Made by a program: the position numbers and the translations under genes
Assembly (NCBI GenBank): GCA_963820825.1
Contig: CAWGBN010000007.1
Coordinates: 256,001-320,000, forward strand
Source: Vulcanimicrobiota bacterium
Lineage (GTDB): Bacteria; Vulcanimicrobiota; Vulcanimicrobiia; Vulcanimicrobiales; Vulcanimicrobiaceae
Direction: 5' to 3'
DNA length: 64,000 bases
Shown here: positions 49,403-59,466 of the stretch, piece by piece
Layout of the letters: every line of letters begins with the position of its first letter
Numbering within the stretch: position 1 is the first letter of the stretch
Notes under the pieces: generated by a model
What the model saw: the letters and a program-made list of their open reading frames with translations, nothing else
Told to the model about the DNA's origin: nothing
Database searches by the model: none

Positions 49403-50010
49403 TACTGCTCGCCGCCGCGGTCGGCGCGGAACTCGAATCCTGGCAGGCGCCCGACGGCGTGGAGACGCTCATCACCGGAGTCGGACCGGTCGAAGCCTCG
49501 TGCGCCGTCGCCGCCGCGCTCGCGCAGCGCCGTTACGACCTGGTCGTCAACGCCGGAATCGCCGGCGTCTTCGACGGCGCGGCTTCGATTGGGGACGGGG
49601 TCGTGGTGGCGGAGGATACGATGGAGCTGGCACTCGAGAGCGGCGCACCGCTCGCGTTGCCGGTGGGGATCCGGCTCGTCGATACGGCGCGCTCGGACGC
49701 CGCCCTCGTGGAACGACTGAAAGCGAACGGCTTTGCCGCGCTTCGCGCCGTCACCGTTGCGCGCGTTACCGCAAGTGAGACGACCGCACGGCGTCTCGCT
49801 CGCGAATGCGGGGCGCAGGTCGAATCGATGGAGGGCTTTGCGGTCCTGCGGGCCGCGGAGCGTGCGGGCGTGCGAGCGGTCGAACTGCGCGGGATCTCGA
49901 ATCGCTGCGGTAATCGGGAGACGAGCGGATGGAGCTTCGCAGCGGGCGTTGCCGGGCTGCACCGCGTTCTCGATGCACTCTTCGCCCTCGATCGAAACGA
50001 AAGAGCGTAA
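49399..50010 (+). CDS. mqnB: Futalosine hydrolase
   Basis: TGVGPV, NAGIAG, ESMEG, RGISN; next to mqnD. Confidence 0.8.
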   Translation: MILLAAAVGAELESWQAPDGVETLITGVGPVEASCAVAAALAQRRYDLVVNAGIAGVFDGAASIGDGVVVAEDTMELALESGAPLALPVGIRLVDTARSDAALVERLKANGFAALRAVTVARVTASETTARRLARECGAQVESMEGFAVLRAAERAGVRAVELRGISNRCGNRETSGWSFAAGVAGLHRVLDALFALDRNERA

Positions 50011-50011
50011 C

Positions 50012-50858
50012 GTGGCCGAATATACGCTGGCATACTCTCCGTGTCCCAACGACACGTACGTCTTCGCTGCGTTGACGAACGGGCTGCTCGACGGCGCGCC
50101 GTCCGTACGCGTCCACCTCGCCGATATCGAAGAGCTCAACACCTCGGCCGCGCGCGGCGAGTTCGAGCTGACCAAGGTGAGTTACGGCGCGATTCCCTCG
50201 CTGATGGACCGCTACCGAATTCTACCCTCCGGCGGCGCGCTCGGGCGCGCAAACGGCCCGTTGCTGGTGGCGCTTCCGGCCGAATCGCCGTCGCTCTTCG
50301 CCGAATTTGCGGGTAAGCGCATCGCAATTCCGGGCAGAGCACACGACCGCCTATCTTCTGCTGCAGCTCGCGCTCGGCGCGCGTCCGAGGACCGTCCCGA
50401 TGCGATTCGATCGCATCATCGCCGCGGTCCAACGCGGTGAGGTCGACGCCGGACTCATCATCCACGAATCGCGCTTTACCTACCGCGACGCCGGCCTGAT
50501 CGCGATCGCCGATCTCGGGGAGTGGTGGGAGAATATGACGCTGCTGCCGACGCCGCTGGGCGCGATTCTCATTCGCGACGATATCGCCGACGCCCAGGTG
50601 CGCGAGGTCGACGCGGCGATACGCCGCAGTCTCGCCTTTGCCCGGGCCAACGAAGCGGCGATCATGCCATACGTGCGGGAGCACGCCGTCGAGATGAGCG
50701 ACGAGGTCATGCGCGCGCACATCGAGCTCTACGTCAACGAGTTCACCGAGAACCTCGGCGAGATCGGGCGCAATGCCGTCCGCGCCTTGTTCTCGCGCGC
50801 CCACGACGCCGGCATTCTGCGCAAGGAGGTAGAGCCACGCTTCGCCGTCGTTTCCTAG
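50012..50858 (+). CDS. mqnD: 1,4-dihydroxy-6-naphthoate synthase, apparent +1 A frameshift at ~50336
   Basis: [46 protein letters not shown]. Confidence 0.88.
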
Positions 50859-52066
50859 CCGGTAGCGCCGGACTCGCCCTGCGGCAACGGCGCGCGCTCG
50901 AGCCGAACCCGTGCCGCCGGCCCGCATCGAGCTCGGCGACGAAATGTTTCTGCGCGAACCTGGCGCGATCTCGGCAATCGCTGCGTCGGCGTCATCACCA
51001 ATCCGAGCGGCGTCACTTCGCGGCTCGAGTCGATCGTCGACGCGGTGCTGCCGCCACGGCGAATTGCGTCAAGCGCGATCTACGCACCCGAGCACGGCTT
51101 CCGCGGCGATCGCGGCGCGGCGCCGCGGTGGCGTCGTCGATCGATCCGCAGACGCACCTTCCTGTCTTCAGCCTCTACGGCGCGTCGCGCCATCCGAGCG
51201 CCGACATGCTCAACGGCGTCGACGTTCTGCTCTTCGACATTCAGGACGTCGGCTCGCGCGCCTACACGTACATCTCGACGATGGCCTACGCCATGCAAGG
51301 TGCGCGCGAAGCTTCGGCAAGAGAGTTCTGGGTGCTCGACCGGCCCAATCCGATCGGCGGCGAAATCGTCGAGGGTCCGGTGCTCGAGCCGGCCTACGAG
51401 TCGTTCATCGGTCTCTATCCGATTCCGATGCGCCACGGCATGACCATCGGCGAACTGGCCAGGACTCTTCAACGAACACTTCGGCATCGGCGCGCAGCTG
51501 CGCGTCGTGCCGAATGCACGGCTGACGTCGCTCGATGATCTGGCCGGATACCGGTTTGCAGTGGGTGCAGACCTCGCCGAACATTCCGGACTGGGAGACG
51601 ACCTCGTCTACGTCGGCACGGGACTCTCGACAACGCCGGCATCAACAACGGCAGCGGATTCACCAAGCCCTTCTTCCTCGCCGGCACCGCCGGGATCGAC
51701 GGCGCGCGGCTCGCCGCGCGCTTGAACGCGCTCGACCTCGCCGGCGTCTGGTTTCGTCCCGCCGCGTGGTCGCCGCTAACCGGCTTTTGGGAGCATCGCG
51801 AGCTCACCGGGGTCGAGTTGGTCGTCTTCGATCCACGCCGCTTCTACGCCGTGCGAACGGCGGTCGAAATCCTCGTGGCGGTTCGCGATCTCTTTCCCCA
51901 CGCGATCGGCGTGGCGAGCGTGAGCGGGCTCGACCGCGATTGGGGCACCGACACGATCAGGACCGGGCTGCTCGCCGGGAAGAGCGCCAACGAGATTTTC
52001 GCCCAGTGGACCGTTTCGGTCGCGCAGTTCGAATCGCTGCGCCGGCGATACCTGATCTACGATTAA
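50837..52066 (+). pseudogene. namZ: DUF1343/NamZ exo-beta-N-acetylmuramidase with several frameshifts (pseudogene or sequence errors)
   Basis: Motifs across frames: Tat [53 protein letters not shown]. Confidence 0.8.
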
Positions 52067-52143
52067 GCGCGCGCGGCGCGCCACGCGACGACGCGGAGGA
52101 GGTCATCGAGCGTATCCCGCCCGAAACGTCCTACTTCTTTCGT

Positions 52144-52692
52144 ATGTCGAAGTTGATCTACATCACCAATACGTCGCTCGACGGTTACGTGGAGGACGAA
52201 ACCGGTGCCTTCGATTGGGTCAATCCCGATCAAGTACACGCGTTCATCACTGAGTTGTTGCGGCCGATCGGAACCTATCTTTATGGGCGGCGACTCTACG
52301 AGACGATGGCCTACTGGGATGCGCCGGTGGAGGGCTATCCACCCGAACACCGCGACTTCGCACGGGTCTGGCAGAAGGCCGAGAAGATCGTCTTTTCACG
52401 AACGCTGACCGGCGCTACGACACGCAACACGCGTGTCGAGCGGGACTTCGACCTCGAGGCTATTCGGAAGCTCAAGCGGGAATCGGAGCACGACATCAGC
52501 ATTGGCGGCGCCGAGCTTGCGGGGCTTGCGCTCGAAGCCGATCTCGTCGACGAATGTCACCTGTTTCTCAATCCGGTGATCGTCGGCGGCGGAAAGCCGG
52601 CATTCCGAGCCGCCTTACGACGGAATCTCGAACTCCTTGAGACGCGCCGTTTCGACACCGGAGTAGTCCACGTGCGCTATCGCATGCGGTGA
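52144..52692 (+). CDS. Dihydrofolate reductase-like (RibD C-terminal) protein
   Basis: SLDGY, GRRLYE, KIVFSRTL, GGAELA, LVDE, PVIVGGGKP. Confidence 0.9.
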   Translation: MSKLIYITNTSLDGYVEDETGAFDWVNPDQVHAFITELLRPIGTYLYGRRLYETMAYWDAPVEGYPPEHRDFARVWQKAEKIVFSRTLTGATTRNTRVERDFDLEAIRKLKRESEHDISIGGAELAGLALEADLVDECHLFLNPVIVGGGKPAFRAALRRNLELLETRRFDTGVVHVRYRMR

Positions 52693-54107
52693 TTCTCGAG
52701 CCCACGGCGAAGAGTCAGGCGATGCTGCGCGAGAGGCTGGTCGAAACGCTTGGAAGCGACGCGGTGAAAACTTCGCCCGAGGATCTCGCGGTCTACGCGT
52801 TCGACGCCTACACGGAGGCCGGAGTGCCGTCGGCGGTGGTGCTGCCGAACTCCACGCGCGACGTCGGTGCGATCGTCAAGATCGCACGCGATTGCGGCGA
52901 ACCGATCGTCGCGCGCGGTGCCGGAACGGGCCTCTGCGGCGGTGCGGTCCCCATTGCCGGGGGCATCGTCGTCTCGTTTGCGCGAATGAATCGCGTGCTC
53001 GAGCTCGACGAACGCAACCGGCGTGCGCACGTGCAGTCCGGCGTGATCAACCTCGATCTCTCCGGCCGTGCCGCCTCGAGCGGACTCTTCTACGCGCCCG
53101 ATCCGTCCTCGCAGCGAATCTCGACGCTTGGCGGCAACATCGCCACGAATGCCGGCGGCGCGCACTGTCTCTCATACGGAACGACCGTCAATCACGTGCT
53201 CGCGCTCGAGGTCGTCGACGCCTCCGGCGACGTCTTCACGACGAGCATTGACGACGCAGGGTACGATCTGACCGCAGCGCTGGTCGGCAGCGAAGGAACG
53301 CTCGGCATCGTAACCTCGGCGTGGGTGCGGCTGCTGACGCTGCCCGAATCGGTCCGCGTTTCGGTTGCGGCCTTCGACGATATCGACGCCGCCTCGGAGG
53401 CGGTATCCGCAATTGTCGGCGCCGGCATCCTGCCGACGGCGCTGGAGATGATGGATGCGGTAATCACGCAGGCCGTCGAAGCCGCCTTGCATGCCGGCTA
53501 TCCGACCGATGCCGCGGCGGTGCTCCTGATCGAAAATGCCGGTTTCGAAGAGGACGTCGCGAGTGCTGAGGCGGCGATTCATTCGATCGTAACGCAGCAC
53601 GGCGCGCGCTCGTGGCGCAGCGCCCACACGCAAGCCGAGCGCGACGCCTTGTGGGCGGGTCGCAAGAGCGCTGCCGGCGCAACCGGACGAATCGCGCCGA
53701 ACTACTACACCCAGGACGTCTGCGTTCCGCGCAGCCGGCTGCCGCAGGCCCTTCGCGCCGTCGAGGCGGCCTCGCGCGCGAACGGCATCGTCGTCGGCAA
53801 CGTCTTTCACGCGGGCGACGGCAACTTGCACCCGCTACTGATGTACGACAAGCGCGATCGCAAGCAGGTCGCGGCGGTCGTCGAAACCGGCAACGAGATT
53901 CTCCAAGCGGCGATCGATCTCGGCGGAACGATCAGCGGCGAGCACGGCATCGGCTGGGAGAAACGCGACGCGATGACGCGCGTCTACTCGACCGACGATC
54001 TTGCCACGATGGCGCGCGTTCGCGACATCTTCGATCCGGCGCGGATGCTCAACCCCGAGAAGATCTTTCCCAGCGGTCTGCGCTGCCCGGAGGTTACGCC
54101 GCCGTGA
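52689..54107 (+). CDS. glcD: FAD-linked oxidase, glycolate oxidase GlcD-like
   Basis: RGAGTGLCGG, PDPSS, GSEGTLG, HAGDGNLHP, GEHGIG. Confidence 0.88.
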   Translation: MILEPTAKSQAMLRERLVETLGSDAVKTSPEDLAVYAFDAYTEAGVPSAVVLPNSTRDVGAIVKIARDCGEPIVARGAGTGLCGGAVPIAGGIVVSFARMNRVLELDERNRRAHVQSGVINLDLSGRAASSGLFYAPDPSSQRISTLGGNIATNAGGAHCLSYGTTVNHVLALEVVDASGDVFTTSIDDAGYDLTAALVGSEGTLGIVTSAWVRLLTLPESVRVSVAAFDDIDAASEAVSAIVGAGILPTALEMMDAVITQAVEAALHAGYPTDAAAVLLIENAGFEEDVASAEAAIHSIVTQHGARSWRSAHTQAERDALWAGRKSAAGATGRIAPNYYTQDVCVPRSRLPQALRAVEAASRANGIVVGNVFHAGDGNLHPLLMYDKRDRKQVAAVVETGNEILQAAIDLGGTISGEHGIGWEKRDAMTRVYSTDDLATMARVRDIFDPARMLNPEKIFPSGLRCPEVTPP

Positions 54108-55327
54108 GAAGGGTGGACGGACGGCTCGCTCCAACCAACGCGCAAGCGCTTGGCGAAGCGCTCGCGCGTTGCGATCGCAAGGGCGAGAAGGTTCGAGTCT
54201 GCGGCGGCGGGACGCTGGCCGGCATGGGGTATCCGCCCGAGCGCTGCGACGTCGTCCTCTCGACCGCGGCGCTCACCGGCGTTGCGGCAAACGAACGCGC
54301 CGATTTGGTCATCGCGGTCCGCGCCGGAACGCCGGTACAAGACGTGACGACGCTCCTGGCCGCTCAGGGACAGTTCGTTCCGTTCGACGCCCCGAGTCCG
54401 CAGTACGCGACGCTCGGGGGCACGCTTGCGGCGAACTGGATCGGACCGCGCCGCCACTGCTATGGACGCGTACGCGATTATCTGCTCGGCTCGACCATCG
54501 TACTCGCCGACGGAACCATCGCGCGCGCCGGAGGGATGGTCGTCAAGAACGTCGCCGGCTACGACATGACCCGGCTGTACGTCGGCTCCTTCGGCACGCT
54601 CGGCGTGCTCGCGCAAGCGAATCTCAAGACGATTCCGATGCCGCCACGGGCGCGGCTCTTTCTCGCGCCGCTTCCGGAGCGCACGCGCGAACGCGCCTGC
54701 GCGCAGCTCGCCGCTTTGCGGATTCGCCCGGCTGCGGCCTTCTGGATCGACGGTTTCCATCACGCCATCGACGGCGACGAGGGGCCCGAAGGGCGCGTGC
54801 TCGTGCTGCTCGAGGGGAGCGACGCGTTGCTGGAACGCGCGACGCTCGAGCTGCGTTCGGCACTGGGCCGCGCCGGCGTTCCCGAGACGCGAATCGTCGA
54901 TGCGGGCGCGCGCGAGGCCTTCGAACGCGTCGTTGATGCATACGTCGCATGCCTGGGCGAACGCTCGGTGACGTATCGGCTCTATCCGTTCGTTGACCAG
55001 GCGCTGCAATGCGCGCTCGATCTGCAGGAGCTCGGACGCCGCTTCGAACTGCGCAGCGAGACGATCCTCGACGCGATGAACGGCGACGTCGTTCTGCGCG
55101 TGAGCGACCTCGACGCGCACGCCTTCGGATCGAAGATCGAAGCGTTCGACGAGGCGCTGCATCGGACGGAGCCGCGCGCGCAGATCGTCGCGAGCGAGCA
55201 CCCGCGACGCGCGTCGCTGCAGGTTTGGGGCGCCGACCCGCCGGCGATCGACCGAATGCGCGCGCTCAAGGCGCGCTTCGATCCCAATCGCACGTTGAAC
55301 CCCGGCTGTTTCGTGGGTAGAATCTAG
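54104..55327 (+). CDS. glcE: FAD-binding glycolate oxidase GlcE-like subunit
   Basis: ATLGG, GGMVVKNVAGYDM, GSFGTLG, FDPNRTLNPG. Confidence 0.85.
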   Translation: MRRVDGRLAPTNAQALGEALARCDRKGEKVRVCGGGTLAGMGYPPERCDVVLSTAALTGVAANERADLVIAVRAGTPVQDVTTLLAAQGQFVPFDAPSPQYATLGGTLAANWIGPRRHCYGRVRDYLLGSTIVLADGTIARAGGMVVKNVAGYDMTRLYVGSFGTLGVLAQANLKTIPMPPRARLFLAPLPERTRERACAQLAALRIRPAAAFWIDGFHHAIDGDEGPEGRVLVLLEGSDALLERATLELRSALGRAGVPETRIVDAGAREAFERVVDAYVACLGERSVTYRLYPFVDQALQCALDLQELGRRFELRSETILDAMNGDVVLRVSDLDAHAFGSKIEAFDEALHRTEPRAQIVASEHPRRASLQVWGADPPAIDRMRALKARFDPNRTLNPGCFVGRI

Positions 55328-55332
55328 CCCGA

Positions 55333-56172
55333 ATGCGGGTTCTGATTCTCGGCGCCTCCGGCTTCATTGGGCGCCATCTCTCCGCGGCGTTGCAGAAACG
55401 GGGCGACGAGGTAGTCGCGGCATCGCTGCGCGAGCCGGCGGCCGCGGCGACCGCCGCCGCACAATGTGACGCGATCGTCAATCTCGCCGGCGAACCGATC
55501 TCGCAGCGTTGGAGTCCGAGCGTGAAACGCCGCATTGAAGAGAGCCGCACGGCCGAGCCGCGCCGAATGCTCGAAGTGCTTTCGGGAATCGAGCGGCGCT
55601 GCACGGCATACGTCAGCGCCTCGGCGGTGGGTTACTACGGGACCAGCGAGAGCGAAACGTTTGTCGAGACGAGCCCGCCCGGAGCGGATTTCCTCGCGCA
55701 CGTCTGCATCGAGTGGGAACGCGAGACGCAGCATGCAGCGCAGCTTGGCATGCGGGTCGCGATCGTTCGCACCGGGGTCGCGCTCGGAACCGACGGCGGT
55801 GCGCTGCGAAAGCTGCTTCCGCCGTTCCGCTTGGGCGTCGGCGGCGTCGTCGGAAGCGGACGGCAGTGGTTCTCCTGGATTCACATCGACGATCTCACCG
55901 GCATCTATCTCATGGCGATCGATCGCCTCGCCGGGCCGGTCAATGCGACCGCACCCAACCCGGTGACCAACGCCGAGTTTACGCGCGAGCTGGGAGCGGC
56001 GCTCCACCGCCCGGCCAAGCTCCCCGTTCCGGGCTTCGCGCTGCGCGCGTTGCTCGGTGAAGGTGGGGATATCGTCTTGCGCGGGCAATGCGTCTTGCCG
56101 CAGCGCACCCAAGAGCTCGGCTACCGCTTCGTCTTCGAGCGTCTCAGAGACGCGCTAACGAATCTACTGTAA
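55333..56172 (+). CDS. TIGR01777-family NAD-dependent epimerase
   Basis: GASGFIG, NLAGEPI, SAVGYYG, SWIHIDD. Confidence 0.92.
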   Translation: MRVLILGASGFIGRHLSAALQKRGDEVVAASLREPAAAATAAAQCDAIVNLAGEPISQRWSPSVKRRIEESRTAEPRRMLEVLSGIERRCTAYVSASAVGYYGTSESETFVETSPPGADFLAHVCIEWERETQHAAQLGMRVAIVRTGVALGTDGGALRKLLPPFRLGVGGVVGSGRQWFSWIHIDDLTGIYLMAIDRLAGPVNATAPNPVTNAEFTRELGAALHRPAKLPVPGFALRALLGEGGDIVLRGQCVLPQRTQELGYRFVFERLRDALTNLL

Positions 56173-57085
56173 ACTCCAGCGCCTCGAGGTACTTCTCCGC
56201 GTCCATCGCGGCGCGGCATCCGGCTCCGGCCGCAGTAATCGCCTGGCGATAGCGATGGTCGTTGACGTCTCCGCCGACGAAGACCCCTTCGACGTTGGTG
56301 CGACTGCCGTCGGGCGACGCGACGTAGCCGAGACCGTCGAGATCGAGCTGACCGGCAAAGACGGCCGTGTTCGGCGTGTGCCCGATTGCGACGAAGAGCG
56401 CGTCGGCCTCGATTTCGAAGGTATGTCCGTCTTGCGTGTCGCGTAACCGCAAGCCGGTGACGTGCGTCTCGCCCTGCACCTCTTCGACGACCGCGTTCCA
56501 GATGAAGTCGACTTTTGGATGCGCGCTCGCGCGGTCGGCCATGATCTTGCTCGCGCGCAGCCGATCGCGACGATGGACGATCGTCACCCGGCTGCCGAAG
56601 CGCGTGAGAAAGAGCGCCTCTTCGAGCGCCGAGTCGCCGCCGCCGACGACGACGATATGCTTGTCGCGAAAGAAAGCGCCGTCGCACGTCGCGCAACTCG
56701 AAACGCCGCGCCCCCGCAAGCGCTCCTCGCCCGGAATCTCGAGCCAGCGGGCACTCGCACCGGTCGCGACGATCACCGTCTCGGCCCGGTACTGGGCGTC
56801 GTCGGTCCGCACGAGCAACGGGTGCTTCGCAAAATCGACCGACGTTACGTCGACGTTCTCGATGCGGGCACCGAAGCGTTCGGCCTGCTCGCGAAACTTG
56901 ATCATGAGCTCGGGGCCGAGAATGCCTTCGGGAAATCCCGGATAGTTCTCGACGTCGGTCGTCAGCATGAGCTGGCCGCCGTAGAGCCCGCCGGCGAGAA
57001 CCAGCGGACGTAAGTTTGCGCGCGCGGCATAAATCGCGGCGGTAAGTCCGGCCGGGCCGGACCCGATGATGATGAGACGTTCCAC
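56144..57085 (-). CDS. trxB: Thioredoxin reductase
   Basis: GSGPAG, CATCDG, GGGDSA, YRQAITAAG. Confidence 0.96.
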   Translation of the reverse strand: MERLIIIGSGPAGLTAAIYAARANLRPLVLAGGLYGGQLMLTTDVENYPGFPEGILGPELMIKFREQAERFGARIENVDVTSVDFAKHPLLVRTDDAQYRAETVIVATGASARWLEIPGEERLRGRGVSSCATCDGAFFRDKHIVVVGGGDSALEEALFLTRFGSRVTIVHRRDRLRASKIMADRASAHPKVDFIWNAVVEEVQGETHVTGLRLRDTQDGHTFEIEADALFVAIGHTPNTAVFAGQLDLDGLGYVASPDGSRTNVEGVFVGGDVNDHRYRQAITAAGAGCRAAMDAEKYLEALEFTVDSLARL

Positions 57086-57141
57086 TGCGTCCTCCGACTC
57101 CGCTCAGAGTGATAAGGTTTCCTGCGTCGAAGGGGGCGCGG

Positions 57142-57978
57142 ATGGGCGACGTACAGATTCCGTTGGAAGACACGTTCGGCGATATCGTGCGCAAGGCGAT
57201 GCGCGGCATCGGCATCGACGAAGCGCAGCTCGCGAGCGCTTCAGGGGTTCCCGGTTCGGAGATCGCCCGATGGCTGAAGGACGAGGGATTCGCCGACGAC
57301 GCCCAAGCGCGCGCGCTCGCGACGGTTCTGCGCCTCGACGCGGGCAAGCTCGCCGACAGCGCTGCGGCTCGCTGGCGGCCGCCCGAGATCGAACTCGCCG
57401 CGGTTCGCCGTCATCCACAGTTGCCGCATCCCAGCAACGGCTACGTCTTCTTCCTCGAGAGCGGGCGCCGAGCCGCGCTCGTCGACCCAGCCGGCATTCC
57501 GGCAAACCTTCTGCGAATCTTACGCGACGGCGATTACCATTTGCAGTATATCCTCATCACCCATAAGCACCCCGATCACTGCGACGCCACCGTTGAGGTC
57601 GCCGCAGCGTTTCCCGATGCTCGGATCGTGATGCACCAGCTCGACGTGCACGCGATCGGCGCGCTGGCCGGAAAAGCGCTGCCCGTGCGCAACGGGGAGT
57701 CACTGCCGTTCGGCGACGGCTCGAACATCCGCATGCTCCACACGCCCGGCCATACCGATGGCTCGTCGTGCTTCATCTTTCAGGACGCCGTCTTCTCCGG
57801 CGATACGCTCTTCGCTGCAAGCGTCGGCGGTGCGTACGGCGATACGAGCGGCTATGACGACATCCTCAACAACGTGCGGAGCAAGCTCTTCAAACTACCC
57901 GACGAAACCGTCGTCATGCCCGGCCATGGACCGCCGACGACGATCGCGCTCGAAAAGCACCACAATCCCTTCTTTTGA
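57142..57978 (+). CDS. MBL-fold hydrolase with N-terminal XRE-like HTH
   Basis: LEDTFGDIVRKAMRG...QLASASGV...IARW; THKHPDH, HTPGH, GDTLF, PGHG. Confidence 0.8.
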   Translation: MGDVQIPLEDTFGDIVRKAMRGIGIDEAQLASASGVPGSEIARWLKDEGFADDAQARALATVLRLDAGKLADSAAARWRPPEIELAAVRRHPQLPHPSNGYVFFLESGRRAALVDPAGIPANLLRILRDGDYHLQYILITHKHPDHCDATVEVAAAFPDARIVMHQLDVHAIGALAGKALPVRNGESLPFGDGSNIRMLHTPGHTDGSSCFIFQDAVFSGDTLFAASVGGAYGDTSGYDDILNNVRSKLFKLPDETVVMPGHGPPTTIALEKHHNPFF

Positions 57979-58330
57979 TTCGGTCGACGACTACATCGGC
58001 TCGCAGCCGGAGAACGTCCGGTGCGTACTCGAACGCGTGCGCCGGGCGATACGAGAGGCCGTGCCCGAGAGCGAGGAGACGATTTCGTACAACATCCCGA
58101 CGCTTAAGCTCCAGGGTGCCACCGTTCTTCATTTTGCCGGATGGAGCGACTTCGTTTCGCTCTATCCCGCGAACGCACGCGTCGTCGCCGAGTTCGAAGA
58201 AGAGATCGCGCCGTATCTCGCCGCAAAGAGCACGCTGCGATTTCCGGTCGCAAAGGCGCTCCCCGTCGGATTGATCGAGCGGATCGCAAGGTTCCGCGCC
58301 GCGGAGATCGCCGAACGCGGCCGCGCCTAG
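57926..58330 (+). CDS. DUF1801/YdhG-like protein
   Basis: SVDDYI, EETISYNIP, KSTLRFP; start uncertain. Confidence 0.8.
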   Translation: MDRRRRSRSKSTTIPSFDSVDDYIGSQPENVRCVLERVRRAIREAVPESEETISYNIPTLKLQGATVLHFAGWSDFVSLYPANARVVAEFEEEIAPYLAAKSTLRFPVAKALPVGLIERIARFRAAEIAERGRA

Positions 58331-58336
58331 CGGCGC

Positions 58337-58708
58337 TTAACCGCGATAGGCTTCGGGAACGCTGATGGCGGCGCCGTCCTCGACGGCAATCGTCGCGCCG
58401 CTTCGCTTCGGCGCGCTTCCCGACTCGCGAATGAGCTCGAACTGCAAGACGGTCTGCCCGGAGGGCGGCAACTGCATGTCGAGCCGCTGCGGCGAGCAGA
58501 GACGCGGCGTGCAAAACGCGGCGAGCCAGCCCGGTGCTACGCCCCGAGCGCTCAGCCGCACCGAACCGTTGGGCTTCCCGCTGACCTCCAGCCGGTATTT
58601 CGCCGCAGTGTCGCTCGTAGCCTGAAAATCGGAGCCGGTCCACGGCTGTATGGCGAGATGGGTCGTCGTCTGTGCGAGCGCGAGCAGCATTGCGAAGAGA
58701 ATCATCAC
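58337..58708 (-). CDS. Small secreted hypothetical protein
   Basis: Signal peptide; GWLAAFCTPRLC. Confidence 0.55.
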   Translation of the reverse strand: MMILFAMLLALAQTTTHLAIQPWTGSDFQATSDTAAKYRLEVSGKPNGSVRLSARGVAPGWLAAFCTPRLCSPQRLDMQLPPSGQTVLQFELIRESGSAPKRSGATIAVEDGAAISVPEAYRG

Positions 58709-59466
58709 GTACGCAGTTTATAACCGATTGCCGTCATGCGCAAGACGATCGCCAGCGCAACCGCGCAGAGCAACGCGATCATTGCGATGGAAAATGGAAG
58801 CGGAAGGTAGCTCTGCCCGGTGTAACTACGACGAAAGGCGTCGATCGTGTAGAAAATTGGATTAAAAAGCTCGAGATTCCGCAGCACCGGCGGAAGCATG
58901 GTGGCCGACGTAAAGACGCCGCCGACAAAAGTCAACGGGGTGATGACAAAAGTCGTGAGGATCGCGATGTGGTCGAACTTGTCGGCCAGCAAGCCGAAGA
59001 TCAGCCCGAGCGCCGAGAACAAGATCGAGACCATCGCGATCACGCAGAAGTAGAGCAGCCACTGCTGCGGAGCGATGTGGACGAGCAGCACGCCCAGCGC
59101 GGTGATCAAACCGGCGATGAGCAGCGAGCGCGCCAGACTCCCCAGCACGTACCCGGCCACGATCTCGGTTGCCGACATCGGCGCGATGAGCAGCTCCTGG
59201 ATCGAGTTCATGAAGCGCCCCTGGAAGAGCGAGCTCGAACACTCGCCGTACGACGAATCGATGACTTGCAGCATGATCAGGCCGGGAATGAGAAACTGAG
59301 AGTAACTGACGCCTTGGACGGTGGGAATCCGGCTTCCCAATGCCAGTCCGAAGACGAAGACGTAGAGCAGCGTCGTGATGATCGGCGGCCAGATCACCTG
59401 ATTGATGATCTTGAGGCTGCGAATCATCTCGCGCTTGACCAGCGTCCAGAGGCCATTGGGATTAAT
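58705..59466 (-). CDS. ABC-2 type transporter permease (YadH-like)
   Basis: GLWTLVKREMIR, PPIITTLLYVFVFG, PGLIM, TPLTFVGGVF; no canonical start before these residues. Confidence 0.88.
   Translation of the reverse strand: MNPNGLWTLVKREMIRSLKIINQVIWPPIITTLLYVFVFGLALGSRIPTVQGVSYSQFLIPGLIMLQVIDSSYGECSSSLFQGRFMNSIQELLIAPMSATEIVAGYVLGSLARSLLIAGLITALGVLLVHIAPQQWLLYFCVIAMVSILFSALGLIFGLLADKFDHIAILTTFVITPLTFVGGVFTSATMLPPVLRNLELFNPIFYTIDAFRRSYTGQSYLPLPFSIAMIALLCAVALAIVLRMTAIGYKLRT

Noticed and set aside
48855..50345. Programmed frameshifting in queE or mqnD
   Set aside because: No slippery heptamer or stimulatory structure seen; indels cluster like sequence errors
52067..52692. DHFR-like gene with somewhat different codon usage as a mobile cassette
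   Set aside because: No attC site, inverted repeats or target duplication seen; overlaps glcD start normally
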